DNA of 57,580 nt, the filler included, from Squatina squatina (taxonomy: Eukaryota): NCBI GenBank assembly GCA_031763465.1. It is 3 parts of 3 records of this genome, joined end to end, with 100 filler letters (N's around TTAATTAATTAA, not from the genome) between each part and the next. Parts side by side here need not be neighbours in the genome. Positions count along the whole stretch, not along the records: positions 40,456 to 57,580 come from JARFOE010000230.1; 2 more parts are not named here. One strand, written 5' to 3'. The notes beneath the pieces are model-generated. The model searched no databases, was not told the DNA's origin, and worked only from the letters and a program-made list of their open reading frames with translations. A program made the position numbers and the translations under genes. Positions 53,038-57,580 of this stretch are shown piece after piece; the first letter of the stretch is position 1; every line of letters starts with the position of its first letter.

Positions 53038-53346
53038 CTTTAATTGACCCTGCAGGTTTCTGAGATGTTTCTGAGCTTCTGAAGCCTGACGGTTAGCATG
53101 TCCCAACTGAATCTCCATTTCATTTAGATCGCCCTCCATTTTCTTTTTGATTCTTAAAGCATCATTTCTGCTCCTGATTTCGGAGTCCAAGGCACTTTGC
53201 ATTGTCTCTACAACTCTCTGGTGGTTCCTCTTCAGCTGTTCAATCTCCTCATCTTTCTCAGCAATTTTCCTGTCAACTTCAGATTTTACTTGGTTCAGTT
53301 CTAGCTGAATACGGAGGATCTTGCTTTCTTCATGTTCCAGAGAGGC
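53038..53346 (-). CDS. MYH: MYH copy A exon 34 (coiled-coil rod)
   Basis: [81 protein letters not shown]...QGQLK; 309 nt; ag/gt. Confidence 0.96.
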
Positions 53347-53469
53347 CTAGAGAGGGCATCACACATATTTTTGAACATTTCACACATTATAGTCATAAAA
53401 GTTGCTTTCACTCTCTATGATACTAGTGCACATTAAATTCATCTATCTTTCCAGACTATTATAGCATGA

Positions 53470-53815
53470 AAGAAGCGAAATACTGCTGATACTGGAATCT
53501 AGAATACAAACAAAAAATGCTGGAAAACCTCAGCAGGTCAGGCAGCATCTGTGGAGAGAAAAACAGAGNNNNNNNNNNNNNNNNNNNNNNNNNNNNNNNN
53601 NNNNNNNNNNNNNNNNNNNNNNNNNNNNNNNNNNNNNNNNNNNNNNNNNNNNNNNNNNNNNNNNNNNNTGAAAGCACCTCCCAAACCCATGACCTCTACC
53701 ACCTAGAAGGACAAGGGCAGCAGGCGCATGGGAACACTACCACTTCCAAGTTCCCCTCCAAGTCACACACCATCCTGACTTGGAAATGTATCATTGTTTC
53801 TTCATCGACACTGGG
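53470..53815 (+). mobile_element. Repeat fragments on both sides of the gap between MYH exons 11 and 34
   Basis: Penelope-like piece 53470-53568; LINE 3'-like piece 53670-53815. Confidence 0.6.
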
Positions 53816-53918
53816 ACAAAACTGTATTATTGGTTATGGCTGCCTAAACCTGCGCATGCCTTAAAATGCACAAGTAAAGATAAGAAAATAAAAATAAAGA
53901 TGTACAGCTGATACTCAC

Positions 53919-54022
53919 ATCAGTCGCCATCAATTCATCCCTATCATCAATACTAGTGACAGTGATCTCACCCTGGCTGACGAAGTGAAAATCATAGGGA
54001 TTGGTCGTAATGAGACAAGATT
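53919..54022 (-). CDS. MYH: MYH copy A exon 11
   Basis: (E)[34 protein letters not shown]; 104 nt; ag/gtgagt. Confidence 0.96.
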
Positions 54023-54367
54023 CTGTGGAAAACAAAATAAGTGTTTTGTAGAAAGACTTGTAATTTACCAACTGAAAGGAAGCATAAGTATCACCCAATT
54101 TTACAATTAGGTTTTCCCTCTTCCATTTGGCCAACTTGTTAAATTCAGTTTCAATTCAACATTGGTCTGGTAGTTGCTATACTGAGATATCACTGAAAGC
54201 ATTATAGACAGGAGATACATTCATAACATGAAAATCAGCTAAAGTTGAAAGAAAAGTATGGAAATGACAAAATATTAAATTATAATAGGTGACATTAGGA
54301 ATTTATTTCTACAGATCTATTAAAAGACTGAGATAAAGCTATATTGCAAACATTAATGTATCATAAT

Positions 54368-54868
54368 GGCCTGGATTTTGTGGTGGTAATGACGGTGAAA
54401 CTGTCAGCACACCAGAGATTCTGCCAGCAAGTGGGGACCGGCCGCCATACATTGACTGACAATAAATTCAGCCGATGGAAAAGCATGGCGGCCGGTGGCG
54501 CTATCAACATGCCTTTAAGTGGCCTTGGCAATGACGTGGGCCTCGCCATTGAGCTGTGCTCCAGTTCCGAACATGGCTCACCGGTGATGCAGATGGGGGT
54601 CGCGGGCCAGCAATTGTGGGGTCGGCGTGCGACTTGATGACATTGCACGCGTTACCCTGCTAGCAATGGCATCCCCGGCAATGAGGCCTTAGCTTTCTTG
54701 CTTTGGGGCCCGGGTACTGCCACTGCTCGGCGCTACCATGGGTCTAAAGGAGCCCAATTGGGCCCCCCTAAAGTTCCCGCCACAGAGATCGCAAGACCTT
54801 TGTGGGCAGCATTCTTCGGGGCCAGCGGCGATCGTCGTTGCTTCTCCACTGACCGCAAATTTGGGACC
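54368..54868. mobile_element. GC-rich MITE, PIF/Harbinger-like, in MYH intron 10
   Basis: Imperfect TIRs ggcctggattttgtgg / ccgcaaatttgggacc; 3-bp TSD AAT on both sides. Confidence 0.65.
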
Positions 54869-54938
54869 AATTATTGTTCCTGTGTGAGCAGACAACAAAA
54901 AGATGAAGGTAGCAACATTATAAAACTTCCGTCCTTAC

Positions 54939-55037
54939 CAACAATTTCTGGTTTATGGTTGGTCATCATCTGGTAGAAAATGTGGTAACTCCTTTCAGCT
55001 TTTAGCTGGAACGTTACTCTGGATTTTTCCAGTAGAT
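54939..55037 (-). CDS. MYH: MYH copy A exon 10
   Basis: (Y)[32 protein letters not shown]; 99 nt; ag/gtaagg. Confidence 0.96.
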
Positions 55038-55132
55038 CTGGAGAGATATGTGCACATACAAATGTAGATTTACTGAAGAACCAGTCTACCTATCAACCAG
55101 TTGTTTTATGGTCTTATTGCAAATCAAGTTCA

Positions 55133-55222
<90 letters not shown>

Positions 55223-55379
55223 TTAATCAAGTCAGAGATTTGAAACACGAATTCACAAAACGCGCACAATATAATTGTGTTATTGAAACATCCTGATTGT
55301 TACACTGCATTGATAATCAATATCGTGCACACTATGGGGTTCAATAGATGCAACTGTAGGGAATGTGCAAGAAACTTAC

Positions 55380-55472
55380 GAAGCGAGATGAGTTGTCATT
55401 TCTCACTGTCTTGGCATTTCCAAAGGCTTCCAGCAACGGGTTAGCCTGGATGATTTGATCCTCCAGGGACCC
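55380..55472 (-). CDS. MYH: MYH copy A exon 8 (switch I)
   Basis: [31 protein letters not shown]; 93 nt; ag/gtaagt. Confidence 0.97.
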
Positions 55473-55583
55473 CTGCAGAAATATTTTTGATTACCACGAG
55501 TTGGAGCATTTAACAAGTGAAGAAACGAATTACAGCTAAACAACGAGAAGTTGCCACATTTTATTGTATTAGTTTTGTCTTAC

Positions 55584-55701
55584 CTGTATCTTCCCAGATT
55601 GTTGAGCCTCCTTCTTCTTGGCATCACTCGTGGCTGCAACTGATGCAAAATACTGGATGACACGTTTCGTGTTCACAGTCTTTCCAGCACCAGATTCTCC
55701 A
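55584..55701 (-). CDS. MYH: MYH copy A exon 7 (P-loop, loop 1)
   Basis: [39 protein letters not shown]; 118 nt; ag/gtaaga. Confidence 0.97.
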
Positions 55702-55839
55702 CTGGATGGGGTGGGAGCAGAAAATGAAGAAATCAACAATTACCGCCCTAAGGAAATATTTAAAAAGACTGGAGTCGATTAGATTTCTATCAGATAACTA
55801 CCAACATCTAGGGGAATAGATCAAACCAGCAACACTTAC

Positions 55840-55867
55840 GTGATCAAGATGGACTGGTTTTCACGAT
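55840..55867 (-). CDS. MYH: MYH copy A exon 6
   Basis: 28-nt exon (D)RENQSILI(T); ag/gtaagt; phases fit neighbours. Confidence 0.95.
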
Positions 55868-56017
55868 CTGTAAACAAGACGATCACAAGATCAACGCTCG
55901 GTTCAGACAACACGGAGAATGTTGTATTTTTTTGCCCGTGGTCCCGGATTCAACGAGAATCCAAAATAATTCAGCGCTGGACAGCAAAAAATCTATAATC
56001 AAAACCTACACACTTAC

Positions 56018-56174
56018 CGGTTGACATGGCCTGATAAGCATTGTCAGAGATGGAGAAGATGTGGGGAGGAGCCTCTTGACGCTTCTTGCCTCTGTAACCA
56101 GTCACGACCTCGGGATCGTACACTGGCAACCACTTGTAGGGGTTTACAGTGACACAGAACAACCCAGAGTAGGT
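56018..56174 (-). CDS. MYH: MYH copy A exon 5
   Basis: [52 protein letters not shown]; 157 nt; ag/gtaagt. Confidence 0.97.
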
Positions 56175-56229
56175 CTAAAGTCAGAGAAAGGAATTAGGAA
56201 CCTTTAATTTGTTCAATTATGTTTTTAAT

Positions 56230-56800
56230 TTTGTAATTGAAAGGGGTGTAGGAACAGATAGACCTGGGGGTTCATATTGGCAGATCTTTGAAGGTGGCAG
56301 GACAATTTGATATGGCTGTTACAATGCGTATGGGATCCTCCTCGCCTTTATAAATGGAGGTAGAGCATACAAAAGCAAAGAAGTTATGCTAAACCTGTGT
56401 AAATCACTGGTTAGGCGTCAGCTGGAATGTTGTGTCAAATTCTGGCCACTGGTTGTCGGACTTTGTAGAAGGTGCAGAGGAGATTTACTAGAATTTTACC
56501 AACTGGGATTGTTCTCCTTAGAGCAGATAATGTTAAGGCAAGATTCAATAGAAGTGTTCAAAGTTACAAAGGATGTTGATAGAGTAAATAAGGAAAAATT
56601 GTTTCCATCGGCAGAAGGGTTGATAACCAGAGATAGGTCATTTGCAAAAGAACCAAAGGGGAGATGAAGATTGTTTTAGGCACCAGGAGTTGTTAGGATG
56701 TGTATTGCATTGCCTGGAAGGGTGATGGAATCATATTCAGTTGCAACTTTAAAAATAGAATTATATGCTGGAATAGGAACATTTTGCGGGACTATGGGGA
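56230..56800 (+). mobile_element. Degraded CR1 3' region in MYH intron 4
   Basis: MLNLCKSLVRRQLECCVKFWP...LGLFSLEQ...IEVFKVTKDVDRVNKEKLFP. Confidence 0.8.
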
Positions 56801-56826
56801 AAATGCTCTGAAGCTATTGTACTTAC

Positions 56827-56970
56827 GTAGATCATCCAGGCTGCGTAACGCTCTTTGAGGTTATACAGCACAGTTGCTTCATTCAGGTGGGTCATCATGG
56901 CCATGTCCTCGATTTTATCGAATTTTGGAGGGTTCATAGGGAAGACCTGGTCCTCTTTAAGAGTTAGTGT
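56827..56970 (-). CDS. MYH: MYH copy A exon 4
   Basis: [48 protein letters not shown]; 144 nt; ag/gtaagt boundaries. Confidence 0.97.
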
Positions 56971-57063
56971 CTGCAAAATAATCAACAGATCTTTTTGGAT
57001 TCTTTTTTTAAAAAAAGTGACCACAGCTCTATTTTTCTAACATTAACTTTTTGAAGCACGTGC

Positions 57064-57267
57064 CTGTTTATCCAGGGTCTCAACGATCACTTTACCACCT
57101 TCCTTGCTCTTGATTTTGCCTTTTGTGAACTCATTCTTCGGATCGATGCAGTAGCACGCGGTTTTAGCCTCGAAGGGTCGGTTTTGGGCTTCAATTCGTT
57201 CTTTCTCCGTCTTTCGCAGGAACGGCGCCGCCACCCCAAAAATGGCCATTTCCGCATCCGAACTCAT
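57064..57267 (-). CDS. MYH: MYH copy A, first coding exon (exon 3), fast skeletal-type myosin heavy chain N-terminus
   Basis: [32 protein letters not shown]...; 204 coding nt as in vertebrate fast MYH; acceptor ttttcacag at 57280-57281; accATG context; donor is GC (CAG|GCACGT). Symbol is family-level only; exact orthologue not assignable. Confidence 0.95.
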
Positions 57268-57465
57268 GGTTGTAGTTTACTGTGAAAACAATTATACAGC
57301 ATCAATGACAGTGTTTGTAGTCTTCTTGAAAATTATTTTTAAAGAAGACTTTTAGCCCAATAACAATAAAATGTAAAATTTAACTCCCTTGTATATCCGC
57401 GTGTCCACCTTGCATCGCATCAGGATACAAAGGATAACAACTTTAATTCATGTTTTACTTTTCTT

Positions 57466-57580
57466 TCCTTCTTCTTAGGCAGTCCCTCGAGGTTGAGGAT
57501 GACTTGCTTCCACTCCGGAGTTGTGGCCTCTGAGGTGACTGAAAAGTCCAATCCGGGATCCACAAACTCTACCACAGGTG
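57466..57580 (-). mobile_element. RTE-clade LINE 3' end
   Basis: Reverse reads ggaagcaagtcatcctcaacctcgagggactgcctaagaagaag with a (GAA)n tail. Confidence 0.6.

Overview
Vertebrate genomic DNA, most likely from a cartilaginous fish (inferred from Deu-domain SINEs, CR1 tails and Penelope-like repeats), in a fragmented assembly with many 100-N gaps. Two gaps (22362-22461, 40356-40455) contain an artificial 44N-TTAATTAATTAA-44N linker and split the window into three blocks whose adjacency is unproven. Block 1 (1-22361) is repeat-rich with no identifiable protein, only a candidate cassette exon and a 3'UTR-like stretch. Block 2 (22462-40355) holds two minus-strand exons of LNX1 (RING exon; PDZ1/PDZ2 exon). 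Block 3 (40456-57580) is a tandem fast-skeletal myosin heavy chain (MYH) cluster on the minus strand. Copy A has exons 3-11 and 34-41 (41-exon MYH3-type numbering); copy B has exons 11, 12, 34, 35 and a likely promoter with non-coding exons. The most notable signal is a ~1.1-kb inverted duplicate of that promoter/5'UTR module on the plus strand (about 46900-48070), pointing into the 3' end of copy A. Also notable: a repeat-borne hairpin with compensatory base changes between two copies, and a GC-AG intron. No prokaryote-type system (CRISPR, operon) is present. Several oddities sit at gaps and may be assembly artefacts.
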